A stretch of 64,000 nt of DNA, taken from positions 5,632,001 to 5,696,000 of the forward strand of contig OY970368.1 in assembly GCA_963718615.1 (NCBI GenBank), in the 5' to 3' direction. The stretch's first letter is position 1, and each line of letters begins with the position of its first letter. Made by a program: the position numbers and the translations under genes. The stretch is from an uncultured cyanobacterium. GTDB lineage: Bacteria > Cyanobacteriota > Cyanobacteriia > PCC-9006 > JAAUQQ01. Shown here piece by piece: positions 29,671 through 38,723 of the stretch. The notes under the pieces are model-generated. The model did no database searches, had not been told where the DNA came from, and saw only the letters and a program-made list of their open reading frames with translations.

Positions 29671-30600
29671 ATGGAAAATAGTAATATTGATTTTGATGGT
29701 GAGCTGAAAGACCCTAGTTTTATAGTACTTGGCGCATATAAAGCGGGCACTACAGCTTTATATCGCTATATGAGCCAACATCCACAAATTTATATGACTC
29801 CCTTTAAGGAGGCAAATTTTTTTGCAATGGATGGAGCAAAAATTGATTTTACTGGTCCTCGTGATAAGGAATGTTCTTCCTATCGACGCTCCGTTGTTGA
29901 ATTGGATGACTACCGTCAACTATTTGCTGACAGGACTTATGAACTATCCACAGGAGATATATCTCCTTTATACCTTTATTCATCCAGCGCTGCCCATAAA
30001 ATTAAGAATTATTTGCCCAACGTTAAGTTGATTGTAATTCTTAGGCAACCGGCTGAAAGAGCTATTTCAAGCTATGTTCATCTTGTTCGCGATAACCGAG
30101 AAGTCTTTAATGATTTTAGACATTCTTGGGAAAACGAACAGGCCAAAATAAAACAAGGATGGGATCCCATTCATTGCCTTCAAAGTGTTGGGTTTTACTA
30201 TGAGCAACTTTGTCGATATTATGATTTATTTCCGAAGGACAATATCAAAGTTATTTTATATGATGCTTTTCAAGCAAGACCCTATGAAGTTTTTCGTGAG
30301 ATATTTGAGTTTATAGGTGTAGACAAAACTTTTAAGCCTGATATATCAATTCGATACGGTCAAGGTAGATTGCCAATTGATCGCCCAATTGCGAATTGGA
30401 TTCGAGAATCTTTAGGTAAGCCATTAAAGAAGTCGAACAAAGTCATTTTAAGTTCTATAGGAAGTTCCATTATTTACTGGCTCACCTATAAACCTATATT
30501 TGACGATCAACTTAGGGAAGAGTTAACTGATTTTTATCGTGATGATATTCTGAAGTTGCAGCATTTAATTGATAATGATTTATCTTCATGGCTAAACTGA
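29671..30600 (+). CDS. PAPS-dependent sulfotransferase (Sulfotransfer_1/3)
   Basis: 5'-PSB GAYKAGTTAL, KEANFF, SPLYLY, 3'-PB LRQPAERAIS. Confidence 0.9.
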   Translation: MENSNIDFDGELKDPSFIVLGAYKAGTTALYRYMSQHPQIYMTPFKEANFFAMDGAKIDFTGPRDKECSSYRRSVVELDDYRQLFADRTYELSTGDISPLYLYSSSAAHKIKNYLPNVKLIVILRQPAERAISSYVHLVRDNREVFNDFRHSWENEQAKIKQGWDPIHCLQSVGFYYEQLCRYYDLFPKDNIKVILYDAFQARPYEVFREIFEFIGVDKTFKPDISIRYGQGRLPIDRPIANWIRESLGKPLKKSNKVILSSIGSSIIYWLTYKPIFDDQLREELTDFYRDDILKLQHLIDNDLSSWLN

Positions 30601-30640
30601 ATTGGTTGATTTTATTAACTAGTTGAATTTCTTGAAACCG

Positions 30641-31585
30641 ATGTCTTCTCGTTTAAATCAAATCACTGGCTCTTTAAGCCTCAATCGCATTATGCACCCT
30701 GGTTTGATTATTATTGGTGCCTATAAATGTGGAACAACAGCTTTATATAATTATTTGAATCAGCATCCGCAAATTTATATGACGCCTATTAAAGAAACCA
30801 ATTTTTTTGCGTTACGAGGAAAAGCTCCTTTCTTCAAAGGACCTGGTGATGAACAATCACCTACTATGAGATTATCAATTATCCATTTAGACGAATATCA
30901 AAAACAATTTGATACTATTTCTGATCGGACAATTACAGGTGAAGCCTCGCCTTTATATCTGTATGAACCGAGTACAGCTCAATGCATCGCCTCCTATCGT
31001 CCAGATGTAAAACTCATTGTAATTCTGCGACAGCCTGCAGAACGTGCCTACTCTAATTTCATTCAAAAGGTGCGAGAAGGTCGAGAGAGACTGAGCGGAT
31101 TTCAACAAGCCTTAGAGCAGGAGCCTGAAAGAATCAAAAACAACTGGGAACCCATCTGGTTTTTTAGAGAGGCAGGTCTCTACTATTCGCAACTGAAACG
31201 ATATTTTGATTATTTCCCACCAGAACAAATCAAAGTAATTTTGCAGGAAGATCTATTACAACGACCGAAGGAAACTTTTATAGATCTGTTTAGGTTTATT
31301 GGTGTGGACGAAACCTTTCAGCCGAATACTGTTATAAAGCATAATCAGTCTCGCATTCCTATCAATGGACCGATCGCGAATCTACTGCGTAAGTCTCTGC
31401 TACCATTTTTCAAGCAGTCTAGCTTAGATTGGGTCAGACTGCTCGGTAATACCATTGAATATCCTATAACATATAAGCCGAAACTATCTCAATCTCTAAA
31501 AAGACAGCTGACTGAGTTTTATTACGATGATATTATTCAGCTTCAAACCTTGATTCAAAGAGATTTATCTCACTGGCTTGAATGA
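30641..31585 (+). CDS. PAPS-dependent sulfotransferase, tandem paralog
   Basis: GAYKCGTTAL, KETNFF, GEASPLYLY, LRQPAERAYS; collinear with the upstream gene. Confidence 0.9.
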   Translation: MSSRLNQITGSLSLNRIMHPGLIIIGAYKCGTTALYNYLNQHPQIYMTPIKETNFFALRGKAPFFKGPGDEQSPTMRLSIIHLDEYQKQFDTISDRTITGEASPLYLYEPSTAQCIASYRPDVKLIVILRQPAERAYSNFIQKVREGRERLSGFQQALEQEPERIKNNWEPIWFFREAGLYYSQLKRYFDYFPPEQIKVILQEDLLQRPKETFIDLFRFIGVDETFQPNTVIKHNQSRIPINGPIANLLRKSLLPFFKQSSLDWVRLLGNTIEYPITYKPKLSQSLKRQLTEFYYDDIIQLQTLIQRDLSHWLE

Positions 31586-31625
31586 CCTAGGCAGATCAAA
31601 GAAAACCATAACACCAAAAAACATT

Positions 31626-32564
31626 ATGGAGAAAATCTGTATTGTCACCACGATTAAAGCTTCACTACAGCAAACCTTGATGTTTGTGGCTTATCATTTG
31701 AATATTGGTGTTGATAACATAATCTTGTTTTTCTCCGAACCTGGGGATGAGGCGATCGCAACGCTTTCAAACATTCCACAGGTGATTTGTATTCCTTGCG
31801 ATCGCGCTCACTGGAATCAGCAGGGTATTGAACATCCAGAAGAACTAACGCTATCTCAGCGACAGTATATTAATGCTGATGTTGGACTGGCGATCGCCCG
31901 ATCTCAAGGCATAGACTGGATCTCCCACATTGACAGTGATGAACTAATCTATTCTGAACAGGATGTCAAAGCTATTCTTGCCGATTACGATGCGGATATT
32001 GTGCGTCTAGAGCCCTATGAAGCCGTTGCAGATACTGAAGTTTGTGCTAATGCCTTTGATGCAAGGCTCTTTAAGCAGCTAGGATCCAATATTCAGATGA
32101 TACTAGCGAAACTAACCGGTTGCCATAATGCCTTTTATCGAGGCCAGTTTTATCGAGGACATGTCAAGTCGAAAGTCTGGGTTAGAACTCAGGCAATGAT
32201 CAAACATATGAATGCGCATTTACCTGAAGCACTACCTGGCTATCACTTAAAACTCATTCACTCAAAGCAAATTCAGCTTTTGCATTATGATGCAATTGGC
32301 CTAGAGACTTGGAAAGAGAAGTGGATACAGAGGGTGGATGGTAGTATTACTCTTGATGTTAGAAATAATCGTAACCAGCAGCTCCTGGATTTTCGTAAAG
32401 TCTATGAACAAGGAGAAGAAAGCTTGATATCTTGGTATAGAAGATTGTATGTTTTGCCAGAACGTGAGCAGTGGATCTTGCAAAAACTTCATTTACTTAC
32501 TTGTATAAAAATTGATAATAAAGAGTTTGATCTTACTCAGTATTTTCCCCAAAAGTATCTATGA
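31626..32564 (+). CDS. GT-A fold glycosyltransferase (Glyco_tranf_2_4/GT92-like)
   Basis: FVAYHLNIG, RQYINA, WISHIDSDEL (DxD), LLHYD. Confidence 0.75.
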   Translation: MEKICIVTTIKASLQQTLMFVAYHLNIGVDNIILFFSEPGDEAIATLSNIPQVICIPCDRAHWNQQGIEHPEELTLSQRQYINADVGLAIARSQGIDWISHIDSDELIYSEQDVKAILADYDADIVRLEPYEAVADTEVCANAFDARLFKQLGSNIQMILAKLTGCHNAFYRGQFYRGHVKSKVWVRTQAMIKHMNAHLPEALPGYHLKLIHSKQIQLLHYDAIGLETWKEKWIQRVDGSITLDVRNNRNQQLLDFRKVYEQGEESLISWYRRLYVLPEREQWILQKLHLLTCIKIDNKEFDLTQYFPQKYL

Positions 32565-33208
32565 TTTCTTACGATTATCAATGTATTTTTATTCATATTC
32601 CAAAGAATGGTGGTAGCAGTATTGAAGATATGCTCTGGCCTACATCTTTAGAACGAACAGAGAAGACGCTCTGGATGGGGTTGATTGATCGCTATAGAAA
32701 TAAGTATCAAACCGGAGGATTACAGCATCTTTTAGCGAATCAAATTCGACAAGAAGTAGGGCAAGAAAATTTCGATCGCTTTTTTAAATTTTCGCTTGTA
32801 AGGAATCCGTGGGATAAAGCAGTTTCTCAATATGCTTATATGAAGAGAAGACCAGATCTGAGAAAGTGGGTAGGTATGAGACGATGGACTTCCTTCAAAC
32901 AGTATCTAGAGCTCATTCAATCTCGAAAACATGTGCAGTGGGAGGAGCAATATCGATTTCTATTTGATGATGATGGTAATCAGCTTGTAGATTTTATTGG
33001 TAGATTTGAAGATTTTGACGCTGAAGTTGAGAGGATTCTTAAGAAAATTGTCGAAAAAACTGGTCGATTAGAGCTAGCTCATCTTCAGGTTCCTCATGCT
33101 AATAAATCCCTCCGTGCCGCCTATCAAACCTACTACGACTCAGAATCTCAGGCTATGGTTCGAGCAATCTATCAACGTGATATCGAGCTTTTTAACTATA
33201 GATTTTGA
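32561..33208 (+). CDS. Sulfotransferase family 2 (carbohydrate sulfotransferase-like)
   Basis: FIHIPKNGGSSI, VRNPWDKAVSQY, DFIGRFE, DIELFNY; 4-bp overlap with the upstream gene. Confidence 0.88.
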   Translation: MISYDYQCIFIHIPKNGGSSIEDMLWPTSLERTEKTLWMGLIDRYRNKYQTGGLQHLLANQIRQEVGQENFDRFFKFSLVRNPWDKAVSQYAYMKRRPDLRKWVGMRRWTSFKQYLELIQSRKHVQWEEQYRFLFDDDGNQLVDFIGRFEDFDAEVERILKKIVEKTGRLELAHLQVPHANKSLRAAYQTYYDSESQAMVRAIYQRDIELFNYRF

Positions 33209-33541
33209 ACCATAGCTTTTGAATTAAAAAGCGTAATCTCATGGGCCAACTGCCGCACCTCCGCCGCAAACCCCTCATCCTCATCCATCACCGCATCCAG
33301 ATTCTTGCTAATCATCTCCAGCGCCGCCGCATCACCGCCTTCCGCTTGCATCAGCGCCTCATTCACTTTGGGCGATCGACCCCACAGTCCGCTCCCGAAT
33401 CTTCTGCCACAGCGTCTCGATGCCCTTAACCCCTGCCTCCGTAAACTTCTTGGCCAGATCCGTCCCGCCCGCCTCTGCAAACTTCTGAAACGCTAACTGG
33501 GCGATCGCCCCAGCCGTCATCGCCGTTACAGGATCCGTCAT
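33196..33541 (-). pseudogene. Frameshifted small hypothetical gene at the island edge
   Basis: MTDPVTAMTAGAIAQLAFQKF...LWQKIRER continues in another frame as LWGRSPKVNEAL...FAAEVRQLAHEI (extra base near 33388); ends inside the sulfotransferase 3' end. Confidence 0.7.
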
Positions 33542-33674
33542 GTCGCTCTGGGAGAAGAAACACGTCCCTTCCCTTATATCCTCGATTTCTCAAAATGCGT
33601 CAAATTCCAACAATTTTTTCGGCATCGCGGATTGGTAGCATAGTAATAGATAGCGTTTAGCGCGATCGCCCACC

Positions 33675-34247
33675 ATGATCACCAACAAAAGCCACACTTA
33701 CTTCACCCCCGAAGAGTACCTCGAAATCGAGCGCATCAGCCCGATCAAACACGAATATCTACAAGGTCAAATCGTGGCCATGGCTGGGGCTAGCAAAGCC
33801 CATGTCATCATCACCGGCAATCTTTCAGCCCTTCTGGTCAATCATCTACGGGGAACCGGCTGTATTCCCTACAGCACTGACATGAAAGTGCGAATCCCCG
33901 AGCTGAATCTGTTTTATTATCCTGACCTAGCCGTTAGCTGTGATCAGCGCGATCGCAGCTCTAGCGACGACTTCATCCTTCATCCCAAACTGATGATTGA
34001 GGTTTTATCGGACTCTACCGAAGCCTTCGATCGGGGTGATAAATTCGCAGATTACAAAACAATTCCAGAACTAGAAGAATATCTACTGATTCATCAGCAT
34101 CAAGTCCTCGTTGAGCGATTTCATCGCAAGACAAACAACCTTTGGACTCCTCATATTTATCGGGCTGGAGATTTCGTAGAGTTGGTTAGTATTGGCTTGA
34201 ATCTTGCGATCGCCTCGCTCTACGAAACCCTCGATCAACTTTCATAA
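33675..34247 (+). CDS. Uma2-family endonuclease-like protein
   Basis: TPEEYLEIE, HEYLQGQIVAMAGAS, YYPDLAVSC, IEVLSDSTEAFDRG. Confidence 0.92.
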   Translation: MITNKSHTYFTPEEYLEIERISPIKHEYLQGQIVAMAGASKAHVIITGNLSALLVNHLRGTGCIPYSTDMKVRIPELNLFYYPDLAVSCDQRDRSSSDDFILHPKLMIEVLSDSTEAFDRGDKFADYKTIPELEEYLLIHQHQVLVERFHRKTNNLWTPHIYRAGDFVELVSIGLNLAIASLYETLDQLS

Positions 34248-34283
34248 CGCTCAAATCAGACACTTCTAATTCCCCATCCTCGC

Positions 34284-35150
34284 TCAAAGCGATCGCGCCT
34301 CCCGTCCGCCAAATTTGAGTAAGAGGGCGATCGCCAAACTCACCGCCCCAATCAACAACACACTCAAACTAGACCCCAACCCCCAGTTGCGCGTTGCACC
34401 CAAAAACTGTTGATACACCAACCGAGAGACCGTCATACTGGAAGAACCGCCCAAGAGGTCCGGGACCACAAAGTCACCGAGGGCAGAGATAAACACCAGC
34501 AAACTTCCCGCCGCGATCCCAGGCAAAGTTTGGGGAATTGTCACCCAGATAAACGTTTGCATCGGCCTTGCCCCCAAATCCGCTGAAGCTTCCAGCAATC
34601 GCCGATCCAACTTCTCCAGGGAAGCATAGAGAATCAGCACCATATAGGGCAAAAAGCTATAGGTCATGCCGATGTAAACCGCGAAGGATTGATTGAGCCA
34701 ATTTTGGGTGGGCCAGTGGAGTGCGGCCAACAGGCTATTGAGCACCCCAGAAGCGCGCAAAATTGTGATCCAGGCATAGGCCCGCAACAGCGACGACGTC
34801 CAGAGCGGTAGCACAAAGCCCAACAGCAGTAAACTACGCCAGCGTTGCGGAGCCAACAGTGCAATCCAATAGGCCACGGGAAATCCGAGCAAGAGGCAGC
34901 ACAGGGTGGTGCCGAGGGCATAGGAGAGCGATCGCCCGATCACCCCTAAATACAGCGGATCGAGCAGCGTCAGATAATTTCCCCAGCCATAGCTGCCCGG
35001 AGCCTGCCCCAGGCGAAATCCCGGAATCAGGCTCAGTTCTAACAGCAGTAGTGTTGGCAACAATAAGAGTAGCCCCAGCCAGAGTCCCGCAGGCCCTAAC
35101 AGGATCAACGGCTGAATCCAAGGGCGAATTTTGGCAAACAGGCGAACCAT
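34284..35150 (-). CDS. potB: Spermidine/putrescine ABC permease (PotB-like)
   Basis: LPLWTSSLLRAYAW, EAA loop LLEASADLGA, GDFVVPDLLGG, RNWGLGS. Confidence 0.85.
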   Translation of the reverse strand: MVRLFAKIRPWIQPLILLGPAGLWLGLLLLLPTLLLLELSLIPGFRLGQAPGSYGWGNYLTLLDPLYLGVIGRSLSYALGTTLCCLLLGFPVAYWIALLAPQRWRSLLLLGFVLPLWTSSLLRAYAWITILRASGVLNSLLAALHWPTQNWLNQSFAVYIGMTYSFLPYMVLILYASLEKLDRRLLEASADLGARPMQTFIWVTIPQTLPGIAAGSLLVFISALGDFVVPDLLGGSSSMTVSRLVYQQFLGATRNWGLGSSLSVLLIGAVSLAIALLLKFGGREARSL

Positions 35151-35166
35151 GGCAGAACCTCACGCC

Positions 35167-36297
35167 TCAAGCGCTGGTGAGTTGAGTCCAATATTGATCG
35201 TAGGTTGCAGTGATCGCCTCCGGCAGCGGCGCAATCCCTTCGCATTTAGCCAAAATCGCCTCCGGCGGAAACAGGGTCCGGTTTTGCTTGAGTTCTGTAG
35301 GCAACTGCTCAAACGTCTTTTGATTGGGCGTGGCAAAGCGCAAGCGCTGCACCAAATCCACCGCCGTTGCGGGATCGAGGAAAAAGTTGAGCCAAGCATA
35401 GGCCGCATCCACATTGGGCGCAGACTTGGGAATGGCGATCGTATCGGTCCAGAGCGAAGAGCCGGTTTCGGGCACCACATACATCAAATTGGATTGTTCC
35501 GCCATCAACACCTGGGCATCAGAAGAATAGGCCATGGAAATCAAAATATCGCCACTGGCGAGTTGATCTTCCCAGCCGTTGGTCATGAAATTGGCGATCG
35601 CCCCCTTAAACCCCACCAGTTTTTCATAGGCCATTTTCACCTTGGCCGGGTCCTCGGCATTGAGCGAATCTCCCTGGGACTTGAGGACCGATCCCAACAC
35701 CTCTCGCACATCGTTAAGCAGCGTTACTTTGCGCTCTAGCTTGGCCTGATTGCGCCAGAGATCATCCCAACTTTTAATTTCAAACCCTAATCGTTCCGGA
35801 TCGTAGATGAATCCGGTCGTGCCCCAGGTCGCAGGAATACTATGGGCGTTCTGGGGATCATAGATGGGGTTTTGCCATTGGGACATGAGATTTTTTACCC
35901 CCTGAAGCCGCGATGCCTCCAGGGGCATCAGCAGATCCAGCTCCACCATCTGGGTCACCATGTAGTCTGAGGGAAACAGAATGCTGTAGTTTTGGCCTCC
36001 CCCAGCCTGCATTTTGGCGAGCATGGTTTCGTTGGAATCATAGATATCGACCCCCGCTTGGATGCCGGTCCTTTCGCCAAAGGTCTGCAGCAATTGCTTG
36101 TCGCTATAGTTGGCCCAGCTGTAGACCGAGAGGGCGTTCGGGTCCGTATCAGCGACATTGTCACCAGCGGCAGGTCCTTGGCTAATTTGGCGCGCACAGT
36201 TGGAGAGGAGTACACCGGAAAACGCCGCCGCCGAAGTTTGTAAAAAACGCCGTCGCGTTGCTGACAAGGGACGAGATTGGGGGTTGGGCCGCATCAT
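35167..36297 (-). CDS. potD: Spermidine/putrescine-binding protein with Tat/lipoprotein signal
   Basis: TRRRFL Tat motif, LSNC lipobox, YSWANY, YDSNETMLAK, PSDYMV, WGTTG, WTDTIAIP. Confidence 0.88.
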   Translation of the reverse strand: MMRPNPQSRPLSATRRRFLQTSAAAFSGVLLSNCARQISQGPAAGDNVADTDPNALSVYSWANYSDKQLLQTFGERTGIQAGVDIYDSNETMLAKMQAGGGQNYSILFPSDYMVTQMVELDLLMPLEASRLQGVKNLMSQWQNPIYDPQNAHSIPATWGTTGFIYDPERLGFEIKSWDDLWRNQAKLERKVTLLNDVREVLGSVLKSQGDSLNAEDPAKVKMAYEKLVGFKGAIANFMTNGWEDQLASGDILISMAYSSDAQVLMAEQSNLMYVVPETGSSLWTDTIAIPKSAPNVDAAYAWLNFFLDPATAVDLVQRLRFATPNQKTFEQLPTELKQNRTLFPPEAILAKCEGIAPLPEAITATYDQYWTQLTSA

Positions 36298-36394
36298 ACA
36301 CAAGTTCCTCCACACCATCATTCACAGCATCATTATTGTTTGTAGGATAGCTTAGTTGTGCAAACTGTCCAGCCTAAGCGGTTGTTCTCGTAAT

Positions 36395-37864
36395 CTACTG
36401 AAGTGGAGCCAAAAGCCGACAAACCTGCACTGCAAGCTTAAAACTAAATCGGCGTTTTTCGTAATCCGCGAAGTCAACCGCTTGGGCCACGCTCAAATCA
36501 TCCTCAAACATAGCTGCAACATCCTGTACAAATTCCAGGCTTGTGACAAAGGTCATGACCTCGAAGTTGAGTCGAAATGAACGATTGTCTAGATTAACGG
36601 TGCCGACACCTGCGATCGCCCTCCCCTCTGCTTGGGGGTCTAGACCATCCACTAAAATCACCTTTTGGTGCATAAAGCCCGGCTGATATCGGTAGAGTTT
36701 AATTCCCGCAGAAGCCAGTTCATCATAATAGGAAAATGAACTCAAATAGACCATCCAATGATCGGCCCGAGCCGGTAAGATAATCCGCACATCCACACCT
36801 TTTAAGGCTGCCGTTTGTAGTGCATTAAGCGTTGGCTCGTCGGGAACAAAATAGGGACTTGCAATCCAAATTCGCTGTTGTGCCCCATGGATCAAACTAG
36901 CAAACCAGTAGGTGCAGTCGTCCAACGGCTCGACCGGCCCCGTCGGAAACACCAAGGCCGTTTGGTTTTGATGGGTGCTTGGCGTCACGCGCCATTGGGC
37001 CTCCGGTAGCTCTTCCCGCGCCCAGTACCAATCCTTTAAAAAGGCAATTTGTAATCCCTGCACTGTAGGGCCTTCGACCCGCACATGGGTATCCCGCCAA
37101 GGGCCAAACTTGGGATCTTTCCCCAAATATTCATCGCCAATATTAAGACCTCCCACAAAGCCTACGGTGCCATCCACAATCAAAATTTTGCGGTGATTTC
37201 TAAAATTAATTTGAAATCGACCTCGCCAACCCTTGGTGCTGCGAAAGACAGCCACCTGCACCCCATTCACCCGCAAGGCTCGAATATAGTCCGGGGATAA
37301 TCCATGGGTCCCAATGGCATCGTAGAGCAGATGGATCCGAACCCCGGCCCGCGCTCGCTCAATCAGGGCTTGCTGAAAGCGAGTGCCAATCTCATCGCCA
37401 TGGAGGATATAGGTTTGCAAAAAAACATAGTCCTGGGCCTGGGCGATCGCCGCCAACATCGCCCCAAACGTCGCTTCTCCATTACACAAAAGCTGAACCG
37501 AATTGCCAGAGGTAAAGGCAATATCCGTCAGTTCTGCCGCTAAGCATTGGAGCGATCGCAAGGGCGGCGGCAGCGGACGCACAAAGTCCATCAGTTCTTG
37601 ATAGGCTTCCTGGGTTAGCTCCCGGTGCTGGTGGTAGACCGTCCGAAAGGCCTCCGAATATCCGCGAAACTCAGACCGGCCCAGCACCCAATAGAGGGGC
37701 AATCCAATCCAGGGAAACATGATCAGCGAGAGGCTCCAGGCGATCGCCCCCTGGGACGATCGCACGGTCATCACCGCATGGGCCGCATTCCACAGGCCCA
37801 GACTATGAACCCCGATCACCACGCCACTGGCCACGAGGCTCAGCCAAGCCCAAACCTGTTCCAT
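36395..37864 (-). CDS. cls: Cardiolipin synthase (PLD family)
   Basis: Two N-terminal TMs (SSQGAIAW), HKD1 NHRKILIVDG, GGLNIGDEY, WRDTH, SPYFVP, HKD2 MHQKVILVD, NLDNRSFRLNFE. Confidence 0.9.
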   Translation of the reverse strand: MEQVWAWLSLVASGVVIGVHSLGLWNAAHAVMTVRSSQGAIAWSLSLIMFPWIGLPLYWVLGRSEFRGYSEAFRTVYHQHRELTQEAYQELMDFVRPLPPPLRSLQCLAAELTDIAFTSGNSVQLLCNGEATFGAMLAAIAQAQDYVFLQTYILHGDEIGTRFQQALIERARAGVRIHLLYDAIGTHGLSPDYIRALRVNGVQVAVFRSTKGWRGRFQINFRNHRKILIVDGTVGFVGGLNIGDEYLGKDPKFGPWRDTHVRVEGPTVQGLQIAFLKDWYWAREELPEAQWRVTPSTHQNQTALVFPTGPVEPLDDCTYWFASLIHGAQQRIWIASPYFVPDEPTLNALQTAALKGVDVRIILPARADHWMVYLSSFSYYDELASAGIKLYRYQPGFMHQKVILVDGLDPQAEGRAIAGVGTVNLDNRSFRLNFEVMTFVTSLEFVQDVAAMFEDDLSVAQAVDFADYEKRRFSFKLAVQVCRLLAPLQ

Positions 37865-37869
37865 TGTGT

Positions 37870-38718
37870 TTACTCCAGTCTAAACGTCACCACCATGGGT
37901 TTATGATCTGAAACCTCTACATGACCCAGGACCCTAGTTTGCTCAGGGCAGAGGGTGAGTCCTCGATAAAACACATGGTCCAAGGGATTCGACCACAAAA
38001 AACGCTTGAGCTGACTGTCCTGGTGGGGCGAGAAGATCACGGGTTGGAGCGCTAAGCGTTGCCGCAATTGGGTTAGCATCTCCATGCGCTTGGTTCGCCA
38101 GGTGTTGAAATCTCCCGCCAGAATTAAGGGGCCGGAGTGGTGGGCGATCGCCGCTTCAATCTGCTCCAGTTGTGCCAAAAACCGATGGGAGCGCACAAAG
38201 TTGATGCCATGGACATTGATTGCCAACAGCGTCCCAGCGGATTGGGCCAAGGGATACTCGCTAATGAGCGCGACTTTAGGGGTTTGCAGCAGCAGCTCCC
38301 CCTGGTCAGTGTGCAGCGTGGCATGGCGCAGATGGGCCGTTTCAGAGGCCGTCAACACCCCAAAGACATGGCCGCTGGCCGCATGCACGAGATTGGGTGC
38401 AAAATGCCAACCCAGCCGATGTGCTAGGGTTTCTAGATCCCGATCAAAATTGGGCCAAAACAACGGTTCGGGACGCTCAAAATCTAGCCGAGCTTCCTGC
38501 AAAAACAGCAGATTGGGCTGGTAGGTTCGCAGAATGGCGGCAAAGGTTCGCTGCCAATCCAGTTGATGGTTGTTTTTGGCAATATTCCAGTTGAGCAAAC
38601 AGAGGCGATCGCCCCATTGAGACAGCGGTTGCAACGGCGCATGTTCAATCACCTCCGCCACCGCTGGCTTCAAACCCGCAGCAGTCTGCAACCTTTCCGT
38701 CAGCCGAGACCCCACCAT
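37870..38718 (-). CDS. Endonuclease/exonuclease/phosphatase family protein (YafD-like)
   Basis: LNWNIAK, LQEA, NVHGINF, AGDFNTW, LDHVFYRGL, SDHKP. Confidence 0.88.
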   Translation of the reverse strand: MVGSRLTERLQTAAGLKPAVAEVIEHAPLQPLSQWGDRLCLLNWNIAKNNHQLDWQRTFAAILRTYQPNLLFLQEARLDFERPEPLFWPNFDRDLETLAHRLGWHFAPNLVHAASGHVFGVLTASETAHLRHATLHTDQGELLLQTPKVALISEYPLAQSAGTLLAINVHGINFVRSHRFLAQLEQIEAAIAHHSGPLILAGDFNTWRTKRMEMLTQLRQRLALQPVIFSPHQDSQLKRFLWSNPLDHVFYRGLTLCPEQTRVLGHVEVSDHKPMVVTFRLE

Positions 38719-38723
38719 CGGCC

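Noticed and set aside
35131-35739. 202-aa plus-strand ORF (likewise 11714-12301, 47725-48315, 50954-51577)
   Set aside because: Each overlaps a well-supported gene in another frame or strand and has no recognisable domain.
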